Origin: Candidatus Dormibacteria bacterium
GTDB lineage: Bacteria; Chloroflexota; Dormibacteria; Aeolococcales; Bog-877
DNA length: 64,000 nt
Assembly: GCA_050734135.1 (NCBI GenBank)
Contig: JBOHUG010000039.1
Coordinates: forward strand, 4,134-68,133
Direction: 5' to 3'
Shown here: positions 1-10,736 of the stretch, piece by piece
Position numbering within the stretch: the first letter of the stretch is position 1
Layout: each line of letters starts with the position of its first letter
The notes under the pieces: generated by a model
What the model saw: the letters and a program-made list of their open reading frames with translations, nothing else
Told to the model about the DNA's origin: nothing
Databases searched by the model: none
Made by a program: the position numbers and the translations under genes

Positions 1-195
1 GCCTTCTTGTACGGGCCGAATCTCAACCATCTACCGACGTTGCTGCAGGTACACCAGTCCAGTCCACTGACCACGCTCACGGTACCCGCGGTGCCGACCG
101 CGTTGCCGGAGACGATCATCGTGATCCTTGCCTGGTGGGTCGCCCTGGTGCTACTGGCGATGGCCTCGATGGGGCGCCGCGACGTGCTCAGCTGA
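1..195 (+). CDS. 3' end of an unidentified ORF entering from the left edge; C-terminal tail resembles a tripartite sorting signal
   Basis: Frame 1 is open from nt 1 to TGA 193-195. The tail reads ...PTALPETIIVILAWWVALVLLAMASMGRRDVLS (LPET + hydrophobic helix + basic residues). The in-phase antisense frame (ATG at 119-117 with AGGA upstream) shares the same third-codon positions and cannot be excluded. Confidence 0.35.
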   Translation, partial: AFLYGPNLNHLPTLLQVHQSSPLTTLTVPAVPTALPETIIVILAWWVALVLLAMASMGRRDVLS

Positions 196-250
196 ACCAC
201 TCGCCCACGACCCCGGTCATCACTCGGGGCGGCCCACAGGTGCGGCTACT

Positions 251-862
251 TTGAGTACTCGAACAACCGAACTCTGCGAGCACGACCGAGGATCGTTGGA
301 GCGCTACCTCGACCGGCTGTACACCGAACGCAGCCGGCGCAACCTGACCCGGGTACCTCGCGAAATGGCGTGGAGCCGTCACGTCGAGGAATCCCTCGAC
401 CTCATCCGGTTGCGGGACTGGACTCCGGGCGAGCGAGTCTTGGACCTTGGAAGTGGTGGGGGAATTCCGGGGATACCGCTGGCGATTGTGCAACCGCTAC
501 TGGCAGTTGGGCTGATCGAGCGGGACCAAGCCAAAGCGGAATTCCTGCGGGGATGTCTGGCGGCACTCGATCTGGCAAGAGTCCAGGTGCTGGCCCTGGA
601 CGCCCTGGAGCTGTCCCGCCGCCCGGACTTTTTCCCGGCCGATGTGGTGGTGTCACGGGCAGCGCTGCCCGTCCGACCCCTGCTCAAAGTGGCAGCTCGC
701 CTTCTGCGCCAGGGCGGCGAGGGACTGGTACATGTCGGGCCCGCGGTCGTGGTCGACCAAGGATTGCAGCTGGCCGCCAGCCGCGCTGGCCTGGGCCAGC
801 TGCGACTGCTTAGGTCCGGCCGCAGTCTTCTGCTGCGATTCCAGCGGCCGGCTAGCGCCTAG
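251..862 (+). CDS. rsmG: 16S rRNA (guanine527-N7)-methyltransferase RsmG/GidB
   Basis: ORF 128-862. Contains ...RNLTRV...W.RHVEESLDL... then the SAM motif VLDLGSGGGIPGIPLAI. The start is uncertain; in-frame TTG 251 gives a typical N-terminal length and the upstream part of the ORF looks non-coding. Confidence 0.8.
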   Translation: MSTRTTELCEHDRGSLERYLDRLYTERSRRNLTRVPREMAWSRHVEESLDLIRLRDWTPGERVLDLGSGGGIPGIPLAIVQPLLAVGLIERDQAKAEFLRGCLAALDLARVQVLALDALELSRRPDFFPADVVVSRAALPVRPLLKVAARLLRQGGEGLVHVGPAVVVDQGLQLAASRAGLGQLRLLRSGRSLLLRFQRPASA

Positions 863-866
863 CTGC

Positions 867-2054
867 CTAGTCGCTCTCGACGAGCCTGCCCGCTCTCCAG
901 ACCTGGAGCGGGCGCAAGTTGGGGTTCCAGCCGAAGCCGCCCTCGTGGTCAGCATCCCAGAGCACTAGATCGGCCCGCTGCCCGGCGGCTACCCGACCCC
1001 GATCGGAGAGCCCCAGCGAAAGCGACCCGCCCAGCGTTGCCGCGCTCAGCGCCTGTTCGACGCTGAGTCCCAGCTCGGTGACCGCCAACCACACAATCAG
1101 GCTCATCGAGGTGGTTCCCGACGTCCCCGGATTGTGATCGCTGCCCAGAGCCACCGGAACTCCCGCGGCGAGCAGTTGGCGGGCTGGGGGACTCTGGCCC
1201 ATGGCCAGAGCGGTCACCGGACAGAGCGTCGCCACCGTGCACGACCCGGCGAGAACGGCGATCTCCTCTGGGCCGATCTTCAGCAGGTGGTCGGCCGATA
1301 CCGCTCCCAGCTGCACCGCCAGTCTCGTCCCACCGGTGAGTGCCAGCTCATCGGCGTGGAGGCGGAGTTTGAGGCCGGCCTCCCGGGCGGCCCCCAGGAG
1401 CTGGGCCGACTCCGCCGCCGTGAAGGCATCCTGGTCGCAGAAAACATCAGCAAAATCGGCGCCCGCCGCCGCTGCGTCCCGGCTCCAGCTCGCCGCCTCA
1501 CTGACGTATTCCTGGCGCCGGTCTCGGTACTCATCAGGCAGCGCATGCGCACCGAGAAACGTCACCACCAGCTCGGGCAGGCTGGCGTCGCAGGCCAGCT
1601 TGTGCAGGAGCCGCAGCGCCAGCAGTTCGCCTTCCCGCTCCAGCCAGTATCCGGTTTTGGCCTCTACCGTGGTGGTCCCGCCCACGAGCCAATGCCGCAA
1701 CCGCACCCGCAGTCGTTCTTCCAGGGTGTCCCAGGCCTCGGCTCGAGTGGCTCGGACGGTGGCGGAGATTCCGCCGCCTCGGGCTGCGATCTCCGTGTAG
1801 CCAGCTCCCTCCGATCGCTCGCTGATCTCAGACAACCGGGGATGCGCGTAGACCGGATGGGTGTGAGCATCGATCAGCCCGGCGGTCAGGAGTGCCCCCT
1901 GGCAGTCGAAGACCTCGGCGTCGGATGCGGCACTCGAAGTTCCACTCTGTCCCACCGCCACGATCCGATCGGCGCCGATCACCACATCGACGTTCTCCAG
2001 CACCGGCTGGTTGGCGGTGTAAAGCCGGCCGATTCGGGCCAGCCGAGTTGTCAC
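867..2054 (-). CDS. hutI: imidazolonepropionase
   Basis: Motifs GLIDAHTHPV, TTVEAKTGY, LRLHADE, ALGSDHNPG. GTG start at 2054 overlaps the hutF stop (GTGA). The upstream 155 codons of the 550-aa ORF are Arg/Gly/Pro-rich filler. Confidence 0.93.
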   Translation of the reverse strand: MTTRLARIGRLYTANQPVLENVDVVIGADRIVAVGQSGTSSAASDAEVFDCQGALLTAGLIDAHTHPVYAHPRLSEISERSEGAGYTEIAARGGGISATVRATRAEAWDTLEERLRVRLRHWLVGGTTTVEAKTGYWLEREGELLALRLLHKLACDASLPELVVTFLGAHALPDEYRDRRQEYVSEAASWSRDAAAAGADFADVFCDQDAFTAAESAQLLGAAREAGLKLRLHADELALTGGTRLAVQLGAVSADHLLKIGPEEIAVLAGSCTVATLCPVTALAMGQSPPARQLLAAGVPVALGSDHNPGTSGTTSMSLIVWLAVTELGLSVEQALSAATLGGSLSLGLSDRGRVAAGQRADLVLWDADHEGGFGWNPNLRPLQVWRAGRLVESD

Positions 2055-3424
2055 GAGGCCATTTCGGCCAGGGCGCTCTGCCAGGCGGGCTCGAGACTCT
2101 CCAGCACGGTCTCCAGCTTCTCCGCTACGCTCCCGAGCCGCAGGTGACGGCCCTCCCGGACCACCTCCATCCCCCCAACAACCACCGACCGCACGTCGGC
2201 GGCACCGGCCCCGAAGACGACCCGCGGTCCGAGGTCGGCAAGACCGGCTCCCGCGAGACGCGGGCTCTGCAGATCCAGGGTCGTGAAGTCGGCGAGACGG
2301 CCGGGCTGGAGTTCCCCGGTGTCCCACCCCAACGCCGCCATTCCCTGAATCGTGGCGGCTCGGAGCAGAGCGTCCGAACCGAGCCAGCCCCGGTGTCCAG
2401 TAACCAGCCTTCGATCCAACTCGATCGCTCGCGCCTCCTCGAAGAGATCCACCGCCGCGTTGCTGTCGCTTCCCAGGCAGACCGGGCTGCCGGCCGCCAG
2501 AAGCCGGTCGGCGGGACAAACGCCGTCGCCGAGGTCTCGCTCAGTGGTGGGGCAGACACAGATCCGCGTCCCCGTCTCGCCCAGCCGGAGGACGTCGCTT
2601 TCGGTGAGGTGGATCGCATGGACCGCCGTTGTTTGCGGGCCCAGAACACCGCAGGAGTCCAGTAGCTCGGTGGGGGTTTGGCCGGTTGCGGCCAGGCAGG
2701 CCGCATTCTCCGCAGGCTGCTCGGAGAGGTGAAGGTGAAGCGGAGCCTGCCGCTGGCGGGCCCACTCGGCCACCACCCGCATCGCTGACTCGCCCACCGC
2801 CCGGACGCTGTGGATGGCTGCCCCCCGACGCAGGAGGGCCCTCTCCGGCAAACGCTCCGCCCGCTGAACCCAGGCGGCTGCCTCCCGGTCGGTGAAACGA
2901 AGCGCGGCGCCTGCGAGCGGTGTCGGGCCGAAGCCGCCGCGGAGGTAGCAGGTGTCGAGGAGGGTGAGGCGGATCCCCGCCTCAGCGCCGGCGGCGACCA
3001 GCGCCTCCTCCATCTCCGGTGTCTGATACGGCTGGCCACCTGGCTGGTGATGGAGGTAGTGAAACTCCCCAACGGCGGTGATCCCGGCGAGCGTCATCTC
3101 CCCCATCGTCGCCCGAGCGAGTTCGAAGTACTGCTCCGGCTTCAGGAACGACGCCAGGGCGTACATTCGCCGACGCCAGCCCCAGAAGTCCTGCCCCCCC
3201 AAATCCGGTGCTTGGCAGCGGCCCCGCAGGGCTCGGTGGAAGGCGTGAGAGTGGACGTTGGCCAGCCCCGGGAGGGTCAGTCCGGAAAGCACCTTGGCTC
3301 CCGCCGGGACCGGGACATCGCCGAGCGACTCCACTCGCCTGAGTCGACCGGCGTCCTCCTCCATGAGGACCCTGGGTAGGAACTGGCCTCCCGTCCAGGC
3401 CAGCTCTGCCAGCCAAAGCGTCAT
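2051..3424 (-). CDS. hutF: formimidoylglutamate deiminase
   Basis: LPGLANVHSHAFHRAL, FWGWRRRMY, VGEFHYLHH, HLHLSEQ, LGSDSN match the HutF amidohydrolase pattern. ATGA overlap with the hutU stop. Confidence 0.85.
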   Translation of the reverse strand: MTLWLAELAWTGGQFLPRVLMEEDAGRLRRVESLGDVPVPAGAKVLSGLTLPGLANVHSHAFHRALRGRCQAPDLGGQDFWGWRRRMYALASFLKPEQYFELARATMGEMTLAGITAVGEFHYLHHQPGGQPYQTPEMEEALVAAGAEAGIRLTLLDTCYLRGGFGPTPLAGAALRFTDREAAAWVQRAERLPERALLRRGAAIHSVRAVGESAMRVVAEWARQRQAPLHLHLSEQPAENAACLAATGQTPTELLDSCGVLGPQTTAVHAIHLTESDVLRLGETGTRICVCPTTERDLGDGVCPADRLLAAGSPVCLGSDSNAAVDLFEEARAIELDRRLVTGHRGWLGSDALLRAATIQGMAALGWDTGELQPGRLADFTTLDLQSPRLAGAGLADLGPRVVFGAGAADVRSVVVGGMEVVREGRHLRLGSVAEKLETVLESLEPAWQSALAEMAS

Positions 3425-5079
3425 CAGTCCTCCCGCATCGGGATCCGGACGCCGCGCTCTTCAGCGGTGCTGAGCGCGATCTGGTAGCCAGCGTCGGCGT
3501 GGCGGATGACTCCGGTGCCAGGATCGTTGAGGAGACAGCGGGCCAGCTTCTCAGCTGCCAGCTTCGAGCCGTCGGCGAGCGCCACCAGACCGGAGTGGAT
3601 CGAGCGGCCGATCCCGACGCCGCCACCGTGGTGCACCGAGACCCAGGTCGCGCCACTCGCGGTGTTGAGGAGAGCGTTGAGGATGGGCCAGTCGGCGATG
3701 GCGTCACTACCATCCTGCATCGACTCGGTCTCCCGGTAGGGGGAGGCGACTGAGCCGGAGTCGAGGTGGTCTCGACCGATCACGATGGGCGCCTTCAGCT
3801 GGCCCTTTCGGACCATTTCGTTGAACCGCAGCCCGAGCCGGTCCCGCTCCCCGTAGCCGAGCCAGCAGATCCGAGCCGGCAGCCCCTGAAAGGCAACCCG
3901 CTCCGACGCCATCCGAATCCAACGCGCCAGCGCCTCGTTCTCGGGGAACTCCTCCAGGGCAGCGCGATCGGTGGCGCCAATGTCCGCGGGGTCCCCGCTC
4001 AGAGCGGCCCATCGGAAGGGCCCCTTCCCTTCGCTGAAGAGGGGTCGGATGTAGGCGGGGACAAAGCCCGGGTAGTCGAAGGCTCGCTCGCAGCCCCCGA
4101 GCTCCGCCTCCGCCCGAAGACTGTTGCCGTAGTCGAAGACCTCGGCACCCCGGTCCTGCAGCGCCACCAACGCCGAGACGTGCCTGGCCATCGATTCCCG
4201 GCTGCGCAGGATGTATTCGCCGGCGTCCTCCAGACGCAGGTCGGCCGCCTCCGGCAGGGTGAGCCCGGCCGGGAGGTACATCAGCGGGTCGTGGGCGGGA
4301 GTCTGGTCGGTCGCGATGTCGACCCGGAAGTCGCGTCTCAGGATCTCAGGAACCAGCTCCGCGGCATTGCCGAGCACCGCGATCGAGACCGCTTCCTTTG
4401 AGGTCCTCGCCGCCTCCGCCTGCTCGAGCGCCGAGTCCAGGTCGGGCGCCCAGCGATCCAGGTACCGGTGGTCCAGGCGGCGCTGGATCCGGTCCGGGTC
4501 GATCTCAATGCAGATCGCCACCCCGCCGTTCATGGTCACGGCCAGCGGTTGGGCGCCCCCCATGCCGCCCAGCCCGGCGGTCAGGGAGACGGTGCCGGCC
4601 AGCGAACCGCCGAAGCGCTTGGAGGCGATGGCGGCGAAGGTCTCGAAGGTGCCTTGCAGTATCCCCTGAGTGCCGATGTAAATCCAGGAGCCGGCCGTCA
4701 TCTGACCGTACATCGTCAGCCCCTCCAGCTCGAGTCGCCGAAACTCCTCCTGGGTCGCCCACTGCGGGACGAGCAGGGCGTTGGCGATGAGTACCCGGGG
4801 GGCCCATTCGTGGGTGCGGAAGATTCCCACCGGCTTGCCAGACTGGACCAGGAGGGTCTCGTCGCCCTCCAGAGCACGGAGGCTGCGGACGATCGCGTCG
4901 TAGGCGTCCCAGGATCGGGCGGCCCGACCGGAACCCCCGTAGACCACCAGTTGGTCGGGATTCTCCGCGACCTCCGGGTCGAGATTGTTCATCAACATCC
5001 GCAGCGCCGCCTCCTGAGGCCAGCCCTTGCAGCTGAGCTCGGAGCCGCGCGGTGCCCTTACCGGCCGGGGACCGCTCAC
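3424..5079 (-). CDS. hutU: urocanate hydratase
   Basis: 551 aa with typical HutU blocks ([59 protein letters not shown]). Confidence 0.95.
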   Translation of the reverse strand: MSGPRPVRAPRGSELSCKGWPQEAALRMLMNNLDPEVAENPDQLVVYGGSGRAARSWDAYDAIVRSLRALEGDETLLVQSGKPVGIFRTHEWAPRVLIANALLVPQWATQEEFRRLELEGLTMYGQMTAGSWIYIGTQGILQGTFETFAAIASKRFGGSLAGTVSLTAGLGGMGGAQPLAVTMNGGVAICIEIDPDRIQRRLDHRYLDRWAPDLDSALEQAEAARTSKEAVSIAVLGNAAELVPEILRRDFRVDIATDQTPAHDPLMYLPAGLTLPEAADLRLEDAGEYILRSRESMARHVSALVALQDRGAEVFDYGNSLRAEAELGGCERAFDYPGFVPAYIRPLFSEGKGPFRWAALSGDPADIGATDRAALEEFPENEALARWIRMASERVAFQGLPARICWLGYGERDRLGLRFNEMVRKGQLKAPIVIGRDHLDSGSVASPYRETESMQDGSDAIADWPILNALLNTASGATWVSVHHGGGVGIGRSIHSGLVALADGSKLAAEKLARCLLNDPGTGVIRHADAGYQIALSTAEERGVRIPMRED

Positions 5080-6668
5080 GGGAGTTCTCCCACCACCGCT
5101 TCGGCCTGGCGCAGGACCTGACCCGAACGCACCGCCGCCGCCACCGATTCCAGCTCCGGCGAGAGGAAGCGGTCCGGACCCACCCCGCCGCCCAGCTTAC
5201 GCACCAACTCCGCCACTCTGCCGTCCGCCGCCGAGGGTTCGAGCGGGGACCGCAGCTCGAGGGCCCTCGAGGAGGCCAGCAGTTCCACCGCCAGCACCCG
5301 GGAGAGATTGGTCACCACCTGGCGCAGCTTGCGGGCCGCGCCCCAACCCATCGAGACATGGTCCTCCTGCATCCCCGAGGTGGGGATCGAGTCCACGCTC
5401 GCAGGAGCGGCCAGCCGCCGGTTCTCCGCCACGATGGCGGCCGCGGTGTACTGACCGATCATCAAGCCCGAGTTGACCCCGGCTTCGGGGGCTAGGAAGG
5501 GTGGCAGCCCCGAAGATCGCGCCGGGTCGAGCATCCGGTCGACTCGCCGTTCGGCGATCGAGCCCACCTCGGCGGCGGCGATGCTGAGGTAATCGCAGGC
5601 GAAGGCCAGCGGCTCGCCATGAAAGTTCCCGGTCGACTCCAGCCGGCCGTCGGGGAGCACTACCGGGTTGTCCACCGCGGACCTCAGCTCGCGGTCAGCA
5701 ACCTGGCGCGCGAACTCCACTGTGTCCCGGGCGGCCCCGACCACCTGGGGTGCGCAGCGGATCGAATACGGATCCTGAACCAGATGCGGTGAGCTGCGGT
5801 GCGAGGCCAGGACACCGGATTGCTGCAGAAGCAGACGCAGATTGGCCGCGCTCTGGATCTGCCCGGGATGAGGCCTGATCTGATTTAGGTCTGCGGCGAA
5901 GGGACGATCGGTTCCGAGCAGCGCCTCGGTGGAGAGGGCGGCCGCGATATCGGCGGTGGGGAGGAGCACCGCCAGGTCAGCCAGGGCCAGCACCAGCATC
6001 CCCAGCATCCCGTCGGTTCCGTTGATCAGGCTGAGCCCGTCCTTGACCTCCAGCCGGAGCGGTCTTAGACCGAACTCGCTGAGCGCCCGGCTGCCGCTCA
6101 CCGTGCGGCCGTCCGGGAGCTGGGCGTGACCCTCTCCGAGCAGCACTAGCGACATGTGTGCCAGCGGCGCCAGGTCGCCGCTGGCCCCGAGCGAGCCGTG
6201 CTCGGGGACTACCGGAGCGATTCCGGCGTTTAGCAAGTCGACCAGTCCCATGGCGACGGCGGGGCGGCTCCCGGAGAAGCCCATGCAGAGGGTCCGGGCT
6301 CGAAGCAGCATCATGGCCCGTACCACCTCGCGCTCGACCGGCTCACCCATCCCGGCCGCATGCGACCGGATCAGGGCGTGCTGAAGGTCAGACCGGCGGT
6401 CCACCGCGATGCGGGTTGTGGCCAAGAGACCGAAGCCGGTAGACACTCCGTACACCGGGTCGGGGCTGTTCCCCGCCTGGTCAACCAGGGCTCGGGCCTG
6501 CTCCATGGCATGGACGGCGTCTTCGGAGATCTCCACCGGCGCTCCTTGGCGAGCGACTGCCGCCACCTCCGCCCTGGCGATTCCCGTCGTACCGAGCAAA
6601 ACGGGCGCGGACTCCCGGGCGGTCAACGTCGGACCGTCGGTAGTTCGGCTGGCAAAGGAGCCGTCCAA
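5076..6668 (-). CDS. hutH: histidine ammonia-lyase
   Basis: MIO-forming [14 protein letters not shown] motif with overall HAL/PAL family blocks. TTG start; 4-nt overlap with the hutU start. Confidence 0.95.
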   Translation of the reverse strand: MDGSFASRTTDGPTLTARESAPVLLGTTGIARAEVAAVARQGAPVEISEDAVHAMEQARALVDQAGNSPDPVYGVSTGFGLLATTRIAVDRRSDLQHALIRSHAAGMGEPVEREVVRAMMLLRARTLCMGFSGSRPAVAMGLVDLLNAGIAPVVPEHGSLGASGDLAPLAHMSLVLLGEGHAQLPDGRTVSGSRALSEFGLRPLRLEVKDGLSLINGTDGMLGMLVLALADLAVLLPTADIAAALSTEALLGTDRPFAADLNQIRPHPGQIQSAANLRLLLQQSGVLASHRSSPHLVQDPYSIRCAPQVVGAARDTVEFARQVADRELRSAVDNPVVLPDGRLESTGNFHGEPLAFACDYLSIAAAEVGSIAERRVDRMLDPARSSGLPPFLAPEAGVNSGLMIGQYTAAAIVAENRRLAAPASVDSIPTSGMQEDHVSMGWGAARKLRQVVTNLSRVLAVELLASSRALELRSPLEPSAADGRVAELVRKLGGGVGPDRFLSPELESVAAAVRSGQVLRQAEAVVGELP

Positions 6669-6746
6669 ATCATGGGTGTGACAGATTGTGCGGGGTCGGC
6701 CAGCCGGACCGCGATGGCGTCCGGGACCGGTGCCGGGCCACCTCTT

Positions 6747-7826
6747 TCAGCCGCCCGCTCCGAGGTAAGAGTTCGCGAACTCGAGGAAGCCATCGTTTTC
6801 GAAGGAGGTACCGATGGTGACGCGGACCCCGTCGCCGGGGAAGCACCGCACGCTGATCCCCGCTGTCCGGCATTCCTCGGCGAATCCTTGGGACCGCGCT
6901 CCCAAGGGCAGCCAGAGAAAGTTGGCGCCTGACACCGGGACGGTGAATCCCGCCGCCACCAGATTGGTCCGCACCCGTTCCCGCTCGGCAACCGTTGCTC
7001 GCACTTGCCCGGCAAGTAGTTCCTCCTGGTCCAAGGCCGCCACGGCGGCGGCTTGGGCCACTGTGGTGAGGGTGAATGGCAGGGCCACCTGGGCCACGGT
7101 TTCGACCACCTCGGGGTCGGCAACGCACCAGCCGATGCGCATGCCGGCGAGTGCATACGCCTTGGAAAACGTGCGCATCACCACGATGTTGGGCTGGCTT
7201 CGTGCCAGCGCGATCCCCTGGCCCCCCAGCTCCGGATCCGCGTACTCGCTGTACGCCTCGTCCAGGATCAGCAGGCACTCGTCCGGCACCGCCTTAGCGA
7301 AGTTTCCCAGGGCGTCCGCGGCGACGACGGTGCCGCTGGGATTGTTGGGGTTCGCCAGCAGTACTACCCGGGTGCGGGCGTGGATGGCCGCTGCCAATGC
7401 AGTCAGGTCCAAACGCTCATCCCGCAGCGGTACTCGCACCGAGCGAGCTCCCAGCGACTGCACCAGGATGGGATAGGCCTCGTAGGAACGCCAGCCGAAG
7501 ACCACCTCGCTGTCGTGGCCGGCGTAAGCGGTTAGCAGATCTCGCAACAGCTCCAGTGATCCCCCGGCGACCGCCACCGTGTCCGGTGGAACGGAGTGTT
7601 TTTCGGCCAATCGGCGCGCCAGTTCCCGGCCGTCGCCGGGATACCGATTGGCGCCGACGGCGGCCGCTGCCATGGCCGTCACCATGCTCTCTGGCAGCGG
7701 GTAAGGGGACTCGTTGCTTGAGAGCTTGTGCCCCGGGGCGCCGTCCGCTCGGACCGCCGAGGACCCCGCCGCGTAGCGCGGCATGTGGTCGAGGTAGGCG
7801 CGCGCTCGCGGCGGTCGGCGGGTCAC
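6747..7826 (-). CDS. class I/II PLP aminotransferase, histidinol-phosphate/aromatic aminotransferase family
   Basis: LSSNESPYPLP, LANPNNPSG and the PLP-lysine block RTFSKAYALAGMRIG. Confidence 0.8.
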   Translation of the reverse strand: MTRRPPRARAYLDHMPRYAAGSSAVRADGAPGHKLSSNESPYPLPESMVTAMAAAAVGANRYPGDGRELARRLAEKHSVPPDTVAVAGGSLELLRDLLTAYAGHDSEVVFGWRSYEAYPILVQSLGARSVRVPLRDERLDLTALAAAIHARTRVVLLANPNNPSGTVVAADALGNFAKAVPDECLLILDEAYSEYADPELGGQGIALARSQPNIVVMRTFSKAYALAGMRIGWCVADPEVVETVAQVALPFTLTTVAQAAAVAALDQEELLAGQVRATVAERERVRTNLVAAGFTVPVSGANFLWLPLGARSQGFAEECRTAGISVRCFPGDGVRVTIGTSFENDGFLEFANSYLGAGG

Positions 7827-9229
7827 GGCTCTGCCATCACTTTCGGCTCCCCGAGCACCTTGCCGGGATTGAGGATTCCGCTCGGGTCGAGGGCGGTTTT
7901 GAGGCGATGCATGAGCTCCACTCCCGGTCCATGCTCCTTGGTTAAAAACTCCATCTTTCCAAGGCCAATCCCGTGCTCCCCGGTGCAGGTGCCCGCCAGC
8001 GCCAGGGCCCGGGTTACCAGCCGCTGGTGCACCTCGGTAGCCTTCCGCATCTCCTCGGCGTCATCAGGAAACACCACGAAAGACAGGTGGAAGTTACCAT
8101 CCCCCACGTGGCCGACAATCGGGGCCAGTACGCCACTGCGCTCGATGTCGGCCTTGGTCTCGTCGATGCAGGAGGCCAACGCCGAGATCGGTACGCAGAC
8201 GTCGGTCGACCAGGTACTGGCCCCCGGGCGCAGGGCCTTGGCTGCATAGAGCGCGTGATGGCGCGCCTGCCAGAGGCGTTTGCGGTCGGCGGGTGCTGCT
8301 GTCCATGCCAGTTCCCCGCCATGGGCCGTGACAATCGCGGTCGCCTCCGCGACCTGCTCCTTGACGGCGGCCGGCCCGCCGTGGAATTCCAAAAACAGAG
8401 TCGGGCAGACCGGATGGTGGAGTTCGCTGAAGCGGTTGACCGCATCGACCATGACCTCGTCTAGCAGCTCGATGCGCGCCAACGGGATGCCACACTGAAT
8501 CATCTCGATCACCGCGCCCACGGTCTCGTGGAGGTCGCGAAGGCTGCAGACCGCCGACGCCACCTCCTCAGGGAGTCCCCAGACCCTGAGGGTCGCCGAG
8601 GCGATCACGCCAAGCGTTCCTTCCGACCCGACGAACAATCGGGTCAGGTCGTAACCGGCGGCCGACTTGCGAGCCCGCCCACCGGTGGGCACCACCTCCC
8701 CGTTGGCGAGGACGACGGTCAGCCCCAGAGTGTTTTCCTTCATGGTCCCGTAGCGAACCGCGTTGGTCCCGCTGGCCCGGGTCGCGACCATGCCACCCAG
8801 GGTGGGATCCGAGCCTGGATCGACGGGAAAAAACAGTCCCTCGCTGCCGAGACGCTCATTCAGCTGGCTCAAGGCCACACCCGCCTCGACGGTGACGTCG
8901 AGGTCGTCGGTGCCGACCCGGAGAATCCGGTTCATCCGGGACAGGTCGAGCGAGATCCCACCCCGGACAGGCACCACCCCACCCTCCAGTCCGGTACCGG
9001 CCCCGAAGGGAACCACCGGGATCCCGTGCGCGTTGCAGACTTGGAGCACGAAGACGATATCCTCGACCCGACGGCACGACACCACCGCGTCGGGGAGCCT
9101 TGCCTGATGGTGGGACTCGTCCCGACTGTGCTGTTCCAAGACCGAACGCTCTGTGCTGAGCTGTTCCCCTAGGCGAGTTTGAAGGACCGAGGAAACGAGA
9201 GCCAGCTTTGACTCCCCGCCCTGCTCCAT
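7823..9229 (-). CDS. FAD-linked oxidase (GlcD / D-lactate dehydrogenase family)
   Basis: FAD_binding_4-type blocks VVPFGAGTGLEGG, GGMVATRASG, YGTMKENTLGL, GSEGTLGVI, plus a C-terminal FAD-oxidase domain. Confidence 0.85.
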   Translation of the reverse strand: MEQGGESKLALVSSVLQTRLGEQLSTERSVLEQHSRDESHHQARLPDAVVSCRRVEDIVFVLQVCNAHGIPVVPFGAGTGLEGGVVPVRGGISLDLSRMNRILRVGTDDLDVTVEAGVALSQLNERLGSEGLFFPVDPGSDPTLGGMVATRASGTNAVRYGTMKENTLGLTVVLANGEVVPTGGRARKSAAGYDLTRLFVGSEGTLGVIASATLRVWGLPEEVASAVCSLRDLHETVGAVIEMIQCGIPLARIELLDEVMVDAVNRFSELHHPVCPTLFLEFHGGPAAVKEQVAEATAIVTAHGGELAWTAAPADRKRLWQARHHALYAAKALRPGASTWSTDVCVPISALASCIDETKADIERSGVLAPIVGHVGDGNFHLSFVVFPDDAEEMRKATEVHQRLVTRALALAGTCTGEHGIGLGKMEFLTKEHGPGVELMHRLKTALDPSGILNPGKVLGEPKVMAEP

Positions 9230-9233
9230 ACCG

Positions 9234-10730
9234 TCAGCGCCCGCGCAACTCGCGCAGCGCCGCCTCGGCCGCTCCTCGTTCGTCCCAGGGTTCCGCTCCG
9301 GAGGCCGAGAGGATGCTTCGCTCGTGGCCCTTGCCGGCCAGCAGGACGGTGTCTCCGGCCAGCGCTCCTCCGATGGCGAGGCGGACCGCCCGGGTGCGGT
9401 CAGGGTCGCGGTGGAGGTTGGACTCGGGATCGGCCCCGGCCGCGACCGCGCCGCTCCAGATCTCGTCGATGATCGCCTCGGGATCCTCCCCGCGGGGGTC
9501 CTCGGAGGTGATCACCACCTGGTCGGCCAGCTGGGCCGCGATCCGGCCCATCTCCGCCCGCTTGGCTAGGTCGCGCTCCCCGGCACTCCCGAAGACGACC
9601 CACAGCCGGCCTGCGGTGGCCCCTCGCAGCTCATGCAGCGCTAGCGTCAGGGCGGCTGGGGTGTGGGCGTAGTCGACCACCACCGAGAACGGCTGGCCCA
9701 GGTCGACGACCTCCATCCTTCCGGGAACGGCCGGGAGCTCGGCCAGGCCCGCCACCAGCGCCAGGAGGGGCTGGTCTAGAAGCAACCCGGCAGCCAGGGC
9801 CGCCAGCGCGTTCGCGACGTTCCAGCGTCCCGAGGTCGCCAGTTGCACCGGGGCGGCGCCAGCCGGAGTCAGCGCCTGGAACCTGATCCCGCAGACTTCG
9901 GGCACCACCTGGTCGGCGCGGAGATCCGCCCTCCCGTCTCCCGTCGCGCTGTAGGTGAGGACCCGGCCGGGGGCTCGGCACCGAAGCAGGGGATACGCTC
10001 GGGAGTCATCCTGGTTGAGCACCGCGAATCCGCCCGCCGAGGCCGCTCGATCCAAGAGCGAGGCCTTGGCTTCGAAGTAACTCTCCCAGCTGCCATGGAA
10101 GTCCAGGTGCTCGTGGGTGATGCTGGTGTAGACCGCGCCGGCGAACCGAATCTCGTTTAGCCGGCCCAGAGCCAGTCCGTGCGAGGTTGACTCCAGCGCG
10201 ATCGCCCGACACCCCTCGTCCACCATCCGACGCAGCCAGCCCTGGAGCTCCAGCGATTCCAAGGTGGTCTGCCGGCTCCGGTTGGCCTCGATCTCAGGAC
10301 CGATCCGGAAGTCGACGGTGCTGAGGCTACCCACCTTCCCCATGGCGGCGGAGAGAGCCGCTTGAATCATGGTCGTGGTGGTGGTCTTGCCGTCGGTCCC
10401 GGTGATCCCAACCACCGGGACCGAGTTCGCCGGGTGGTCAAAGTAGGTGGCCGCGAGCACGGCCAGCGCCGACCGGCAGTTCTTCACTAACACCAGGCGC
10501 TGGGGGTCAACCGTGGGCAGCGCATGTTCGACCATCGCCACCAGCGCGCCGCGGGCCACGGCACCGGCCACGAATTCATGGCCATCGTGGTGTTGGCCGG
10601 GGATGGCTACGAAGACCATCCCCGGGCAGACTTGCCGTGAGTCGTAACTGATCCCCGTCACCTCGACGTCCCCTGCGGCCCCGGAGACCGGGGGCACCCC
10701 GATTGCGGATGCGAGTTGGGACCAGCGCAT
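9234..10730 (-). CDS. murE: UDP-N-acetylmuramoyl-L-alanyl-D-glutamate--2,6-diaminopimelate ligase
   Basis: Mur ligase P-loop GITGTDGKTTTT, plus ESTSHGL and DYAHTP blocks; about 498 aa. Confidence 0.9.
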   Translation of the reverse strand: MRWSQLASAIGVPPVSGAAGDVEVTGISYDSRQVCPGMVFVAIPGQHHDGHEFVAGAVARGALVAMVEHALPTVDPQRLVLVKNCRSALAVLAATYFDHPANSVPVVGITGTDGKTTTTTMIQAALSAAMGKVGSLSTVDFRIGPEIEANRSRQTTLESLELQGWLRRMVDEGCRAIALESTSHGLALGRLNEIRFAGAVYTSITHEHLDFHGSWESYFEAKASLLDRAASAGGFAVLNQDDSRAYPLLRCRAPGRVLTYSATGDGRADLRADQVVPEVCGIRFQALTPAGAAPVQLATSGRWNVANALAALAAGLLLDQPLLALVAGLAELPAVPGRMEVVDLGQPFSVVVDYAHTPAALTLALHELRGATAGRLWVVFGSAGERDLAKRAEMGRIAAQLADQVVITSEDPRGEDPEAIIDEIWSGAVAAGADPESNLHRDPDRTRAVRLAIGGALAGDTVLLAGKGHERSILSASGAEPWDERGAAEAALRELRGR

Positions 10731-10736
10731 ACCCCA

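Noticed and set aside
3-119. Minus-strand ORF MIVSGNAVGTAGTVS... with an AGGA SD at the left edge
   Set aside because: It shares third-codon positions with the + frame, so GC3 cannot discriminate. Its S/T/G/R-rich composition looks antisense-like, whereas the + frame yields a clean hydrophobic helix. Kept only as an alternative.
867-2519. N-terminal extensions of track ORFs: hutI to 2519, rsmG from 128, MBL from 13178, pit from 36675, PLP enzyme from 45533, otsA from 57524, holin from 59949, otsB to 60254
   Set aside because: The extensions overlap neighbouring real genes or are low-complexity. Internal starts are supported by SD sequences, GTGA/ATGA coupling, -10-N6 geometry or alignment to family N-termini.
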